From NCBI RefSeq assembly GCF_009914755.1, contig NC_060934.1: a stretch of 64,000 bases of DNA; one strand, given 5' to 3'. Each line of letters starts with the position of its first letter. Positions within the stretch are counted from its first letter, which is position 1. Below the pieces are notes generated by a model. It was not told the origin of the DNA. It made no database searches and was given only the letters and a program-made list of their open reading frames with translations. Of the stretch, positions 13,706 through 29,354 are shown one piece after another. A program made the position numbers and the translations under genes. Origin of the DNA: the human T2T-CHM13v2.0 reference genome, Homo sapiens.

Positions 13706-15404
13706 TTGTTTGTATCATCATCATTGGAAAGGTGTGGCACACATTTTGAGGACTACTTTTACTCCTGGATCCATTTTACTATAGCATAATGTATCTATGT
13801 GCAAAAAAAGGGCCACATTTTCAAAACATGTTAGCTTCACTACCCAAGAAGATCAGGGCTGAGAATGTTCAATAGCCTCAGTAAGAAAATCTTTATCACT
13901 GCTTTGAATTAACAGGAGAATAAAGACTACCTCTAGATTTATTAAGAGACCCTGTGAGTTTAAACCCAAATGTCTTTTCCCCAATATCTGTTTGTAACTT
14001 CATTGACTCTAATAAGAAATATTTATATTCATTTATGGGATGATAATTATATAAAGATGACCTAATGAGTCTAGATTTTAGAAGCAGAGGCTATCTGAGT
14101 CATTGCCAACCCCGATAGGGTTCAGGTCAGCATCAGACCTTGTACTTACTACTTATTTTTAAAAAGGAAAAGTGCCTTAAGAAGCAAATAATTATACATT
14201 CTTTCTCCACCTATGGTACCACACAAAAAATTTACATTAATTCACACTCTAATAATTGGGAAGTTAGTCCTCATTTGATTTAGCTTGGGCTAAAACTTAC
14301 TTTTGACTCTCAATAAGAAGAAAAGCTTTGCTAAGTTTTGCTTGGTATAAATGACATTGTATAAAAATATATGTAACCTACTAAAAAGAATCAACTGTTC
14401 TAAGGACTTAAGTTCATTAATTGGTTGTATGCAAAGGACTTTTATTTATAACTAGTTATCAAGTAATTAGGGCCCACCATGGTTTTTGCTCAGAAGCACT
14501 TATTTATAATTGGTTGCTATAGGTATTTGAAAGCAATAAATTTACTTAAAATGTATTTTATAAATATTATTTAGGCTTACTCACACAAATCCACATCAGT
14601 GAAACTGATGTTTAAAGCTCATGCTTTTTATATAATAATAAATTTCAGCAGACATTTATAATATGGAACATTTTATGACATCTCACATTTACATAAAAAT
14701 TGTGTGAATTATCTAAAAAAACTTTATCATTTACATTATTGTCTGTATTGTTCCTCAAATTTTCTGTTCTTGGCTGATTCTTCAATTTACTTGTGAAAGC
14801 AATATTTTAATTAGCAAAAACTGATTGACTTTGAGTCAATGATTATTTATAAATACAGTTCCTACCCTGTCTTAGAAAACAATTTGACCATTATATCTTC
14901 ATTATAACAAAAAGAAATGTACACATATCCAGCAATATTCCAATAGGGGAATGAAAAATGGAATAAAATTATGGTAAATTAACATTTTGAAATATCATTT
15001 AACCATTAAAACAAACTTAAAATGAAGTAACATGAAAAAAATGTTTGATATAAGTGGAAGAGAAGCTGAATAAACAATTATATTTATACTGGAATTAAAG
15101 CCACATAAATTATTTCAATCTATTATAGCAGGGAACATTGAAAATGAGCATTTTGGGAATGTTTGTGTGCCAGATTTATTGTGAATTTTTTTTCTTGGAT
15201 TTGCTTTAATTTATACTTGAGCCAAACAAAAAAAGGAAGGGGAGAGGGAGCAAAGAATGACTGAGATATTTATATTTAAATACAGTTTTTAACATTAGAA
15301 TCTTTTTATTTTGTGGGGGCCTACTATTTACCAGCAGACCCAATCTTATGGAAGGCAAGACAATCTCTGGATGTGTTCTCCCCATCAGAAGTTGGGATGA
15401 ATCA

Positions 15405-15670
15405 CAGCTAACATTACCCTGTGTTCACTATGTGTGCACTATATAGAAGGCACTCTTCAAAGCATTCTACATATATTCATTAATTTAATCTTCACAACAA
15501 CCTTATGAAGTAGATATTTATTATTTGCATATGACAAGTGGTAGAAGCTGGGAAAAAAGGGATTATATAACTTGTCCATGACAACAGTTATTAAGTAGTA
15601 GATCTGGGACTTTAACTCAAGCAGTATGTCTATACAACCCTTGCTTAAGACTACTGCACTATGCTGTCTG
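15405..15670 (-). mobile_element. MIR SINE
   Basis: tttaatcttcacaacaaccttatgaagtag...cttaagactactgcactatgctgt. Confidence 0.7.
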
Positions 15671-16578
15671 TCTGTCATTCTTGGTTTGTCTAGACAGACC
15701 TCTGTGGGTCTTCAGGGAATTGTGCCTTATTTTCCAAGCCACTTACTTTGCAGCTCCTAGAAGCCATCTTTGTAAAACATGAATCATTCTGGCCAGATTC
15801 AATTTGGCTTCTCCCAATCTAGCCCATCTGCTTTTCTTTCCTGAAACTTTGCAATTGAGTCTGAGAGAGGTAAGGCTCTCTTTGAATTGTCAGATTTGTG
15901 TGAGTAGATTTGTGGTCTGTTGGCAGTGGTTTTTACTGTTTTGTTTGTTTCCAAGTGAATTGGAGATATATAAAACTGACCTGAAGAAAGTATGAGATGA
16001 ATGAAGTAGACACACCTATGAGATCAAAGCAAAATCAACCAACCAACCAACCAACTACACTAAAAAACAACAGAAAAAGAGAGCTCTTCCTCACAACATT
16101 GAAGGTCCTAAACTCACTTTTGAGGTCGTGTCTTTGGGGGTCATTGAACCACACATATATCCTCAATTTAATCTCCCTATTTTGCTTCAGCTAATTTTCT
16201 GTTACTGAGAACCAAAATGAGCCTAATAGTGTTTGATACTCATAAATAGCACAACATTTCAAATAATTTAATCTTATGGGAATACACCAAAATGTATATG
16301 CAAAATAGAGGTGAGGAATGTGTTATAAGAAACTAGTAAAATGCTGTTGTGTATGTGTGTACAAATAAAGGAGATAAAGAAGGTAATGAACTCTACGGTC
16401 TTTATAAGCTCTAAATGAACTTCTAAGGTAAACTTATGGTTCCTGGATAAAAGACATTGTTTTGTCCAAATCTCTGATTATTTTTGTGACATGTGACCCA
16501 AAGTGCACTAAATTCAAGATATTTCTTATAACAAGCTAGACTTCATTCTTACCAATGTTCACAACTTGTTGGAGGTCA

Positions 16579-17362
<784 letters not shown>

Positions 17363-18053
17363 GTCATATGGAATATCACATGCTAAAGACTTGGTGATTC
17401 TGGTGGTTTATACATCTCTTATTTTACATTTTTCAAGAGCGCTCATTTTATTGATTAAAGTTCTGATCTCAAAGCAATAATTATAATATTATCACTGTGA
17501 TCACAGAAGCACATACTACATTGCCCCAAGGGCTTCTCAAATGCTGCTTACAAAAATACTCAAAAATAAAAATATGGATTCATTACTATTTAACTATAAA
17601 ATAGCAAGCATGAAATCTGCAACACAAAAGTTATTTAATGCAGTCAGAGTAAATTTGACATTAGCTTGGAAGGTGCAGGGCAGGCAAATAAAATCTCCCA
17701 AGCTTGGAAAACACTATTACCAGTTAGCAGAATCACTGAACTTTACAACTTGGGAGTTCCCTGACAACCAATTACTCAGATACAGACATACAATCCTCTT
17801 CTATAGAATTCTGAACAGATGGTCTTGTTTTTCCCATGGCTGTCCCTGTTCCACAGCTGGGCAGCTCATAGGTTAAAAATTCATTTTTGAGTTTTTATCT
17901 GTTTCTCACATACTTCCTCATATTCATCCTAAATCAATTCTGCTTTAAAAGAGAACAAAATGTTTCCTATTCAAGAAGCGTTACTATTTGGGAAGCCTTT
18001 TATATAAAAATCCTCCATTTCTTTGACATGACTTTGTCATTTTTAATAGGTGC

Positions 18054-18607
18054 TATGATGGTTAATATTAAGTGTCAACTTGATTGGATTGAAGCACGGA
18101 AAGTATTGTTTCTGGATGTATCTGGGTGTTTCTGGGCGTTGCTGGAAGAGATTAACATTTGAGCCAGTGGACGGGGAGAAGCAGACCCACCCTCAATGTG
18201 GGTGGGCACCATAAAATCAGCTGCCAGCGCAGCTAGAAAAACAGGAAGAAGCTAACTTGCTTAGTTTTCCCAACTTCATCTTTCTTCCATGCTGGATGCT
18301 TCCTGCCCTTGAACATCAGACTCTAAATTCTTCAGCTTTTGAACTTTTGGACTTACATCATTGGTTTACCAGGCAGGGACCTTCAGCCTTTGGCTACAGA
18401 CTGAAGGCTGCACTGTCAGCTTCCCTACTTTTGAGGTTTAGGGACTCGGACTGAGCCACTACTGGCTTCCTTGCTCCTCAACTTGCATATGGCCTATCGT
18501 GGGACTTCACCTTGTGATCATGTAAGTCAATTCTCCTTAATAAAATCCCTTTCATATATACATATATCCTATTAGTTCTGTCCCTCTAGAGAACCCTGAC
18601 TAATACA
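18054..18607 (+). mobile_element. MLT2A2-like ERVL solo LTR
   Basis: gatggttaatattaagtgtcaacttgattggattgaag...gagaaccctgactaataca; TSD ggtgc/ggtgt. Confidence 0.9.
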
Positions 18608-20142
18608 GGTGTGTTCCAGGAAAGACTGCTAACAGTACACTGGGAAAGGTGGATGACAGAACCAGCTGACCCAGCTTTGGATAACCTTGGCCATTTTACA
18701 TGGTTCACGTGAGAAGTATATACAAGGAATATATAATGCTCAGCATAGTATGTCATCCATAGTAGATAGTAAATAAATGCAAATGAGTTATTTTTAATTC
18801 ACTCTCCCACATCTCACTGTTGGAGTCAAATTACTTAGTCCATGCCCTATATTTTGTATTTTGGGGGAGAAAAAATATATTATGTATTTTTTCATCTCAT
18901 TTTGCAAAGTGGAGAACTCTCAGTAGAGAATGATCATCCAGCTGTCTTTGAGAGCAAGAAGAAAATCCTGTTTATCATACTTTTATTGCTTAATCCTTGT
19001 TGAAAAGTTTCCCAGTGGAAGGTTCTGTTTGTTTTTCTGCAGTGGGAAAAAGTTTAACAAACTCAATGACACAGTCATGTGCTCATGGTCACACACACCA
19101 TCTCCAGGGGTCTAATCTGAGGATTTGGTGGAAGCTTCTGCCTGTGGTCAGCAAACTGTGGAAGCTCTTCCAAGGATGCTCTTTACTGGACAACGCAGGA
19201 GGAATGTAGAATCACAAACTGACTTCACCGCCAGTGAAGCAAACTTTGGGTGCAACATTCAAGAGTGGGACTGGCCTTCTGGGTCTTGATTTTAGCCAAA
19301 TACTTCTTCTCTAGATGTCTCCTTTTCTAAATGAGCCAAAAACTTCTAGGGCTGCTGTCACCAGATGATTACTAGCACATAATCTTAGATGGTCCTGGAA
19401 ATATTTGATAACATTCATCAGCACATATATTTTATTAGGCACTCTGGGAGATAACAGAGATGGGAGAAAGTTAAGTAAGTGTTGGCTTTGGAGATGGTAA
19501 AAAATTTGGGATGTTGCTGTAGAAGATATATGTGACTCTTTTGGTAGGTGAATGCCGTGGATGCAAGATTGTGTGTATTTGTGTGAATGTGTGTATGTAT
19601 GCGTGCGTGCATGTACCATGCATGTAGGATGGCATAAATTGCCAGCAAGCATATCTTGATGTGGGAGGTAAAGTACAATGAGGGTATTTATGAAAAAGAG
19701 GGAGGCAACAAAAGCTGCTCCTTGTGTCTTTCTCCTCCGTGAGAAAGCTGAGTTGTGTCTTTCTCCTCCGTGCTGCTACCAGCCTCAGACCCTCATTACT
19801 ACCATCCTCCACCCTATTCCTCCTCCTTCCAAGATACTCTATATCCATCTTCCTGTGATTAAGGTAGGATTTAAAAAAACTTGTAAGAGCTGCAACTGTA
19901 TTTTATGTTCATCTTAAGGGAGAAGGTATGTCTTTTCACATAGAAGGACTTCACCATGACACAATGAAACATTAAAAAAGATATCACTGAAGCTGTTTGT
20001 CTTAGCTTCTGCATTGGGTGGCTTCTACTTGCCACCCAAATAATGCATCTATATCCTGTCTGTACAGTAAACCTTCCAATAAGCCCACCTTAAATGTTTG
20101 GGGACATACCAAGACTCTGCTGGCCTCAAGAAAGAAACATTT

Positions 20143-20466
<324 letters not shown>

Positions 20467-21152
20467 TTACAGGGGTAACAAAATAATAATTTAGGTACAA
20501 ATAGAGATTGTGGCACCTTTACAGCACCCTTTTTGGTTTTCTAGAGAGTTTGTTTTTCACTTTACATTTTGGTCATCATCCTTCCCCTTGCCCATAGCTT
20601 AACAAAAGGTGCCAATAAATCCCACCCAAAATGGAGACCTGAGTCTGAGGCTGGAGGAGGTGACTGAAGGTGGAAAATGACTGATTAGAATTTTTATTGG
20701 TGTTGTATCACAACTCACACCCCAGGATGGAAGGAACTGAGTCTTAGAGGAATCACAGCAGTCTGGCCTTTCATCTTTTTATATGGGAGATCAGGGAGAA
20801 TAGCAATGGTGAGCAGGGTCATAGCAGGCTGAGCTGGCTGGTAATGCTGCTTTTACTAAGAAGTCCTTTCTAGTGAAACTGCCTGGATTCCACAGATGGG
20901 GAAAGGTGGTTAGATAGATGTAATGCTTCTATTCAAAACACCACGTTCTAGAATGTGGTGATCTGAGTTAAATCTTGAAGACATAGATCTCTTGGGATAA
21001 TGCATTTGATAATGATTCTGCCCAATACATGACATAGGTCAGCGGTCCCTCATTAATGCAAACCTCTGGAGACATCATGGATATCATGAATTTCTAGTTA
21101 TTGGAAACTCAGAACCTTTTTATTAAGATTTATAAGGTTTTTAATTGCATTC

Positions 21153-21809
21153 TGTTTGGATCAGAAAATAATATGCCAAAGTGAAAGCCTCAGAAGCAAA
21201 AGTTTCTCTCTGACCTTCTCCTGTCCTCTTATCTCTTGCTTCTCACTTTTCCCCAAGGCTAGCCATAGCAACTAGAATCCCTCTTCTCCAAGCCAGATTA
21301 TAGAAACCAGAACCTGTTTTCCCCAAAGCCAGCCATAAAACCTAAAAATATGACTCTAACTTTCCTTTACCTTTCTGTGTAAGAGCTGGCTGTAAAAAAA
21401 TTATCTGACCTACCTAGTTTGATTGTAGGTCATAAGACCTCCTTTTGGAGAGGGTCCAGCCCCACATCCAGAAGGAAGGAAAGCTGTACTTCCTTTCTTC
21501 TTGGAAGGCCAAGAAGAATCTAAGCAGACAGGCCTTGCTGGATTTTCCCACTCCATCTATTAGCATTAGCTCATACCCTTTTTGTTCAATCACAGTTCTA
21601 CACAACGGTCCATAGTTTATTAAACCTAAGCATAACAATGGAAAGTTTTCTCTGTATTTGTTGGTCTTCATTCTGAAGTCTCCTGTGTGACATAAAACTA
21701 TCATTAAATAAATTTTCATACCTTTTCTCCTATTAATCTGCCTTTTTTCAGTTGGTTTTTCACTGAAACTGCAGAGGGCAAAAGGGAGGTATTGCCTTTG
21801 CTCCCTACA
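21153..21809 (+). mobile_element. MER39 ERV1 solo LTR
   Basis: tcagaaaataatatgccaaagtgaaagcctcagaagcaaaag...ccctaca; TSD attc/atcc. Confidence 0.8.
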
Positions 21810-22089
21810 ATCCCTTTCCTGAATAAGCTGAATATAGATTCCCCCACTCCTATAATCTATGATTATTCCTATGAATATGAAACATAAGACCTTGAGCAAG
21901 TTTTGTTTGCTCTTTACAGTTCAATATTTTTCCCATTTTGGACATTATAAGGGGCTAGATGGTATACATAATGATCAACATCCCACTCAGATCCAAAATT
22001 CCATTGTTCTCACATTCCTGCAATTCCAGGTAAATCCCATACTTCTCCCTGCACCTCAATACAGGAACTCGATTTCCCTTTCTTCCTCA

Positions 22090-22419
<330 letters not shown>

Positions 22420-25399
22420 TTATTGTATATAATCTCTCAAAAGCCCAAAGGCAATACTGCCACTTTGGAAGGTTTTCCTCCCAGAAAGCTATTTAATTTG
22501 ATGGTTATTATTTGTTTATCAAAGCCCCACTGTTTATTCAGATTAATTAAAAACAATTGTTCCAGCTGCAGCAAGGTAGTGCTCCTTGTAATGAAAATAT
22601 CTGCAATCCCGAATTCATCAACCTACATCTGATCCCATTCAAAAGTCTTTAACCTTACTCCACAAGGCAATTTAACTCAAACTGCCTCAGACCTATGTCA
22701 GTGGATGGGAAGATTGAATCCTTAAGCAGGGACCTTTTATTGTTGAAATCTCATGGCATAAGCTGTTAGGGATTGCTCCCAAAATTGCAATTTTAGAGTT
22801 GGCCTAAATTAGACAACAGGAAGTGAAACTGAGCTGCTAAATCTTAAACTCATTTAAAACATCATCTCCTGGCAAATGATGTTTTAAAAAGTGTTTTGCT
22901 CTTTTGATTATCAAGAGTGCTTATGTGTTATGGATTAGCAGATGCCATCATTTCCCAATAAATAAAGATAGTTAATAAGACATAAATAGCTATTTGATAA
23001 CATAAGCCTAATTTATTTTAGTTTGTAAATTCTGCTGAGACCAAGTACTGTTACCTGCAGTCAAGTTTTTCTTATCCAGAATAATCTCCATATAATTGAA
23101 AATCCTCACACTTAACAGCTTTACTGATTCACATCTAAAACATTAAAAATTGGTTTCCAGCATATACAGACCGGCTGAGAAGTGAGGAAGGAAGTTATTT
23201 TCCATCTATATATTAAACTGGAAATGTATCTTAAAGTCTGTAAAGCAGTTCACTGTTACACAGATTAACTCAAAATACTCCAAACAAAACCATTTGCCTC
23301 AACATTTCCAGATACTCACAAAATTCCACCTTTGAATGCAAGAGAAGCACGAAATATTTTGCTAATTCTCCATTTTTACTGCTATTGACAAGAGTGAATC
23401 TTGTCCTTAACTGAATCCACAGTGTTATTTGGAAGACATTTATTATTCAAAGCTAGGCAAGTGTCCTAAGGTAGTTTAAAAAAAAATTTTTTTTTAAATT
23501 TTTCCCCAGCTTGCCTGACTAGCTATCTTAACTTAGTATTTACTTGCAATCTCTTCCTTTGGCCTCCAGAATAAATGCACGAATGGCTCTTCTGCCAAAA
23601 ATGGCTCCGAGACTAAAATAACTAAACTGTGTCTGTGTTTGGGTCATTGCTCAGGCAAAAATATTTAAAGCAAGACCCCGACTGCGCTGCAGAGACACTG
23701 GCAAACAGAAATTGCCCACATAACCCATTGGTTGTTGAATTCCTTGCCTTCTTCAAGTCTATTCTTTCTTCCAAATGCCATGTTTAAAATTGTTATATTG
23801 TCCCCTGTCTCCTCTTGCTCACCACAATCTTTGCCTCTGATTTTTCCTTTTAAGGGCTTACCTCTGTTCTATTTACGGAATTCAATAGGAAACTAATCTG
23901 CAAAAACACCAACTTTGGTAAGAAACATACATTTTGAACAAACTGTTAAAATGGGCCCCAGCATGCTCTGATTATTGTATTTTCTTCTAAGAGACCCTCT
24001 GATTGACCATCTCTATCCTTCCATAAATATAGATTCATTCTGGGGGCTCTGACCTTCCCCCCAGTGATTCTTTTGAGGCTGCTTTGTTGCAGCAGCCTCT
24101 TTTATGCCTTTCAGTAATAAGTAATAAACAAGCAGCAATTGTCACGCTGCTCTCCCAGAATAGGGGCAGGCCTTCCTGCCCTACATACATACATTCTCAT
24201 TATATGTGGGGAGTTCATTATGGGGGCTGCTGCAACAAGGAAAAGGAAGATGAGGCGAGGGCCCCTTGCAAAGCTGCACTTTAAAATAGAAAAGGGAAAT
24301 GAATTGCTTTTATTTTAAGAGGCTTCCTTTTAACTCTGGCTGCTATTTATCTGTCAGGGATCATCCCACCTCACAGCAGGGGAGACCAGTAACAAGTATT
24401 TGACCAGTTCAAGAGGCAACTATTTCACACAAGGCGGCTTCTTCCAAGAAGACCATTAAAGCGCATCAATCCTGACAGTTGCACAGACACCCTGAGGGCT
24501 GTGCTGCAGAAACCAAAACTTCAATATATCTGTTGGCTTTCCAGGGGCCTGTGCAGCTGCCTGTTTAACTGAGATGAGATAGGAGTTTCACATAATGATG
24601 GGGGGCCAGGGAGAGGGGAAGAATAGCAAAGGAGGACTTGGACAGCAACCTAAACCCTAATGTGATTTGTTGATGCTCTGGAAGTCCTAATCTGAGAAAA
24701 TGCATACATCTCGGTCTAAAATGGCCCACCCACAGTCTGTGGCACCACCACTTCAGCACTTAACAGGAATTAACCAATATGTTTGCAGAGAGTTAGAATG
24801 GGTTCTGGTTACCAGAATACAACTCCACCTGCAGTTGCCTTACAGAGTATGGTTTTTGAGAAGTCATGCGGTGTATCATCACGCTGGGGATCTGAGTGGG
24901 AAGAAGTAATGCTCACATGATAAAAAAAGAAACCTACTAACATTAATCACAGTTTCTAGACCATCTTTAGGATACTCCAGTATTTAGGATACTCTTCCTT
25001 TCCAAGCCCAAACTATGTATAATCTGCCTAGTCTTTGTGAGATTTCCTGAAACTGGGGAAGAGAACAACCATCTGCTTTGTCCCAAACACTTTCTGGTAT
25101 CAGCATGGGAGTTTTGGCTAACAGGGAAGGCTTGTTATTGCTGATACAAACTGAGAAAGAGTACAGTGCTCAGACTTCCTCTAGGAATGGTAGATGAAAT
25201 CCCCCAAAGATAATGGGGCATAATGGGCTTCTAAGCCCCCGTGAGTAGCATGAGGTCCCGCATACTGCTAATTTAGAAGCTTCTCAGCCAGCTAATGAAT
25301 GGCAACAGATCCTAAGTGATAAGCCCTGAAGATGCTAAAAACATTTACTAATACTCATTATTTTTATTATAATAATTATATCAACAACGATTTTATTTC

Positions 25400-25940
25400 A
25401 TGTGTGCATAGGTCTAATTATTGTGCATGCATTGCCTTATTTAATCTTTTCACAACCCTATGAAATAATAATTTTATTTGCTCCACTTCATAGATAAGGA
25501 CTGATGTCAAAAAGATATGGAATGGTTGGTCTATAGTCATACCGAACAGTATGGCTTTCGGTTATAAATTGCATTGCCATACTGACTTAACTATGAATCC
25601 TGATTCTCTTGCTTATAAACTGTGTGACCTTCCTTAAGTAATTTAACTTATCTGAACCTTATATTGACGTTACATCTAATAGTAAGATTATTGTACAGAC
25701 TAAAATAAAATAATAGCTTTAATATGAGCATATAGCAAAAGGTATGACATAGAGGAAACATTTAATAAATTCCACAAACAATTGAGCAGGTGTCATTATT
25801 CTCAATTTAAAAAGTGACTACTCAGATCCAAAGAATCTAATAGATTTATCTAAGGCTATATAGCTAGAAGATCAAAGAACTGAACTAGACACCCAAATTT
25901 CCAGGTAGGTAGGTGTTCTTTCTACATTATCACAAGTTTA
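25400..25940. mobile_element. Cluster of MIR fragments, mixed orientation
   Basis: atttaatcttttcacaaccctatg; ctgtgtgaccttccttaagtaatttaacttatctg. Confidence 0.55.
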
Positions 25941-27944
25941 CTCTGCTTTAGGGAACATCAATTCACATGTTGTCAGTGGAACACTTCACCTATAAAAAGG
26001 TGATAAAGAGAATTCACCTTTCTTAATTCTTTATATTTTTGTTGAATCAAGAGTGCTTAGGGTATTTTTCATTGCTGGAAAAATAAAAGTGAAGTGCTTT
26101 GGCTTCATAAGAGTTAAAGGCAGCAGCCTTAAATTTCACGGAGAGTAACTTTGGAAAGTCCTTTGGCAGGGAGATATGAAGAAAGACCTCTTCAAAGTTT
26201 TTGGCTCTCTATTGTCAGGGGTAACAAGATACTTAGTTCTGGACTTTCACTACTGCTTCCTTCTCTTAAAAGAGGCCAGGGTAGAGCAGGCCATACTACA
26301 AGAAGAAAATCTTAATCACCTTCTCTCAAAATAGTTATCTGACAAATCTGCCCATACTCATTTATTTTCCTAGTTCTAAGAAATGTAGTGAAGATAGTCA
26401 TTCAGTCCTAGGGAAATAAAATAGGACAACAGTCCTTACAAAAATTTAAAAAAAAATTCACACAAAAAATATATGTTCTTTCTTCCACTCTTTTTTCCAC
26501 ATTTGACTGAGTAGCATCTGGGTTGAAAAGGTTGTGGTGGTGAATATTTTATCAGATTTTTGACAAGACATCCATCTCATTGTAGAATGAGGCTAGATCT
26601 TAAATCACCTTAGACAGTTTTGCTTCTTAATTAGACAGTCGATACACAACCAATTGGGAGAGCTGGGATCTATTAGGCTTCTATGATTCTGAGATGGCTG
26701 AGATCATCAACAAGTTGAGTCTGGTCCAATTAATTCTCTTGATAGTTTACTGTCTCTTCAGTTATGCTAGAAAATTGGGTACTGACACAGCACATTGTAT
26801 TAATTTTAAGTGAAGCTCTAGCAAGGAAGAGTTGAAACAACGCTGTTTGCAGTCTGAACCAAGAATTCTGTTTAAAATGGTATTGCACTGGTATATGCAA
26901 ACATTCTAAGGTCAAAATAATCCATTTCCTCATTAGTACTCAAGGTTTCTACTGCCATTCTACTTCCTCAAGTTTTAGTTCTGTCAGAATGGTTATCAGT
27001 CACCAAATTCTTGGCTGTGCCTCAGAGTCCTAATTAAATTTGAGGTTTTTGTCTTGAAACCAATGGAGAATCGTTAACTACTGATTATATGTTAGTTGAT
27101 ACAAAACAGCTAGTTTTGTAATGGCTTGCAATTAAGAATTCAATATCCTATCTTCTTCACGCAGCAGATTGGTTGGAACAAGACATATACTGTCCTGAAA
27201 TATTTGGGTCAATGAATATATGACATAACCTATTCTATTTTCCAGAAAAAGTGACATCCACCCACCTTTTTTTAAAGATTGGGAGGAGGAGGTGGAAATA
27301 GGAGGCATTTGAGAGAAAAATGCATTCAAACTTAGATCTCAGAATCTTAAATGACTCAGTAAAGTAAAATCTAGCCAAGGGTGGACATATATTAAGTCAT
27401 TTGAGGGTAAAATGAGATATCTTTTATAAATATACTAAAAGAAGAAAATGACCAAGTACTATATCATTGCTCTGGTTAGACATGACAGTTTGGGAAAGAA
27501 AATGCTTTTATATCTATTCCATTTGATATTCTCACAAAATTACATTAAAAAATAGAAGATATAAGCACATAAGGAAAAACATCATGAGAATGGAGACTGT
27601 ACTGATAATTGTTATCAGCAGAGTTTTGAAAAATGTGAAGAAGCAATACATTTTGAAGACTAGACCATGCCTACAGAGGGTGATCATTATGAAAATGGGA
27701 GAAATGAACTGTTTTGTCCCATAGAGTCCTGAAAAGACTGAATTCTTAGAGGTACCAAGAGTCACAGAAATGAGAGTTAGGTGTAAGACTGAAACAGGTG
27801 GATTGGCTTAAAGTTCATTCCCCAGATCCTCATTCTCATGCCTCTTAGCCAGATTATTATTACTTTTATAATCTCTCAGAAGACAGGATATTCATTCTTT
27901 TCTGGAGAAACTGAACAAAGCAGAGGACAGAGTGTGTGTTTGTG

Positions 27945-28114
27945 TGGACCAAAGTCATGGGTGTAAAACCTGTGCAATTATACAGAATACCACGCTTAAA
28001 AGAACCTCATACTTGTTTAATACTCTGATGTCAAAATTGAAATTCTTAATAATTTTGAAGAAGTCCCATATTTTTAGTTTGCACTGGGCCCTATAAATTA
28101 TGTAGCTGGTCCTG
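27945..28114 (+). mobile_element. MER91A hAT-Tip100 element
   Basis: tcatgggtgtaaaacctgtgc...ttgaaattcttaataatttt...ttgcactgggccctataaattatgtagctggtcctg. Confidence 0.75.
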
Positions 28115-28642
28115 GTGTTTGTGGTAGGTAAATTGTATTTAGGTACAAGAGAGAAAATATGAGCATTAGGAAAGTATGCGAAGTGAATCATAAGTCACCC
28201 AATCTTCTTACCCTGCCCTGTTCCCAGAGTAAGGTTGGTGAGATGTATTACCCACCCATCCAACCAAAGCACAAGAAACACCCAGGGAATGGACTTTGAG
28301 GATTTTTTTAAGGGAAATAGAATAACCCTAAAGAAAACAGATATTAGCATTTGAAGAGTTTATAATAAGAATCAGAATTGTTATCCAATCTACTATAAAG
28401 GCCTCAAGTCAGAAAGAACTTCCATTGCATCTAGAGATTCTATCAGAGATTTAATGTCTTACTCTACAATTCAAATAAATAACCAAGGATTATCAGATAC
28501 TTGATGAGAACCTCAATATGTAAGATGGAGTCCAAAGGAAAGAGACTTCAGAAAAATGGATTCCACACAGGGAGAAGAATACAATTTAAAAAAAAGTCTA
28601 TTGTTAATTTTTTTAGAGAACTAAGGCAAGATTTAATAGCCA

Positions 28643-29354
<712 letters not shown>

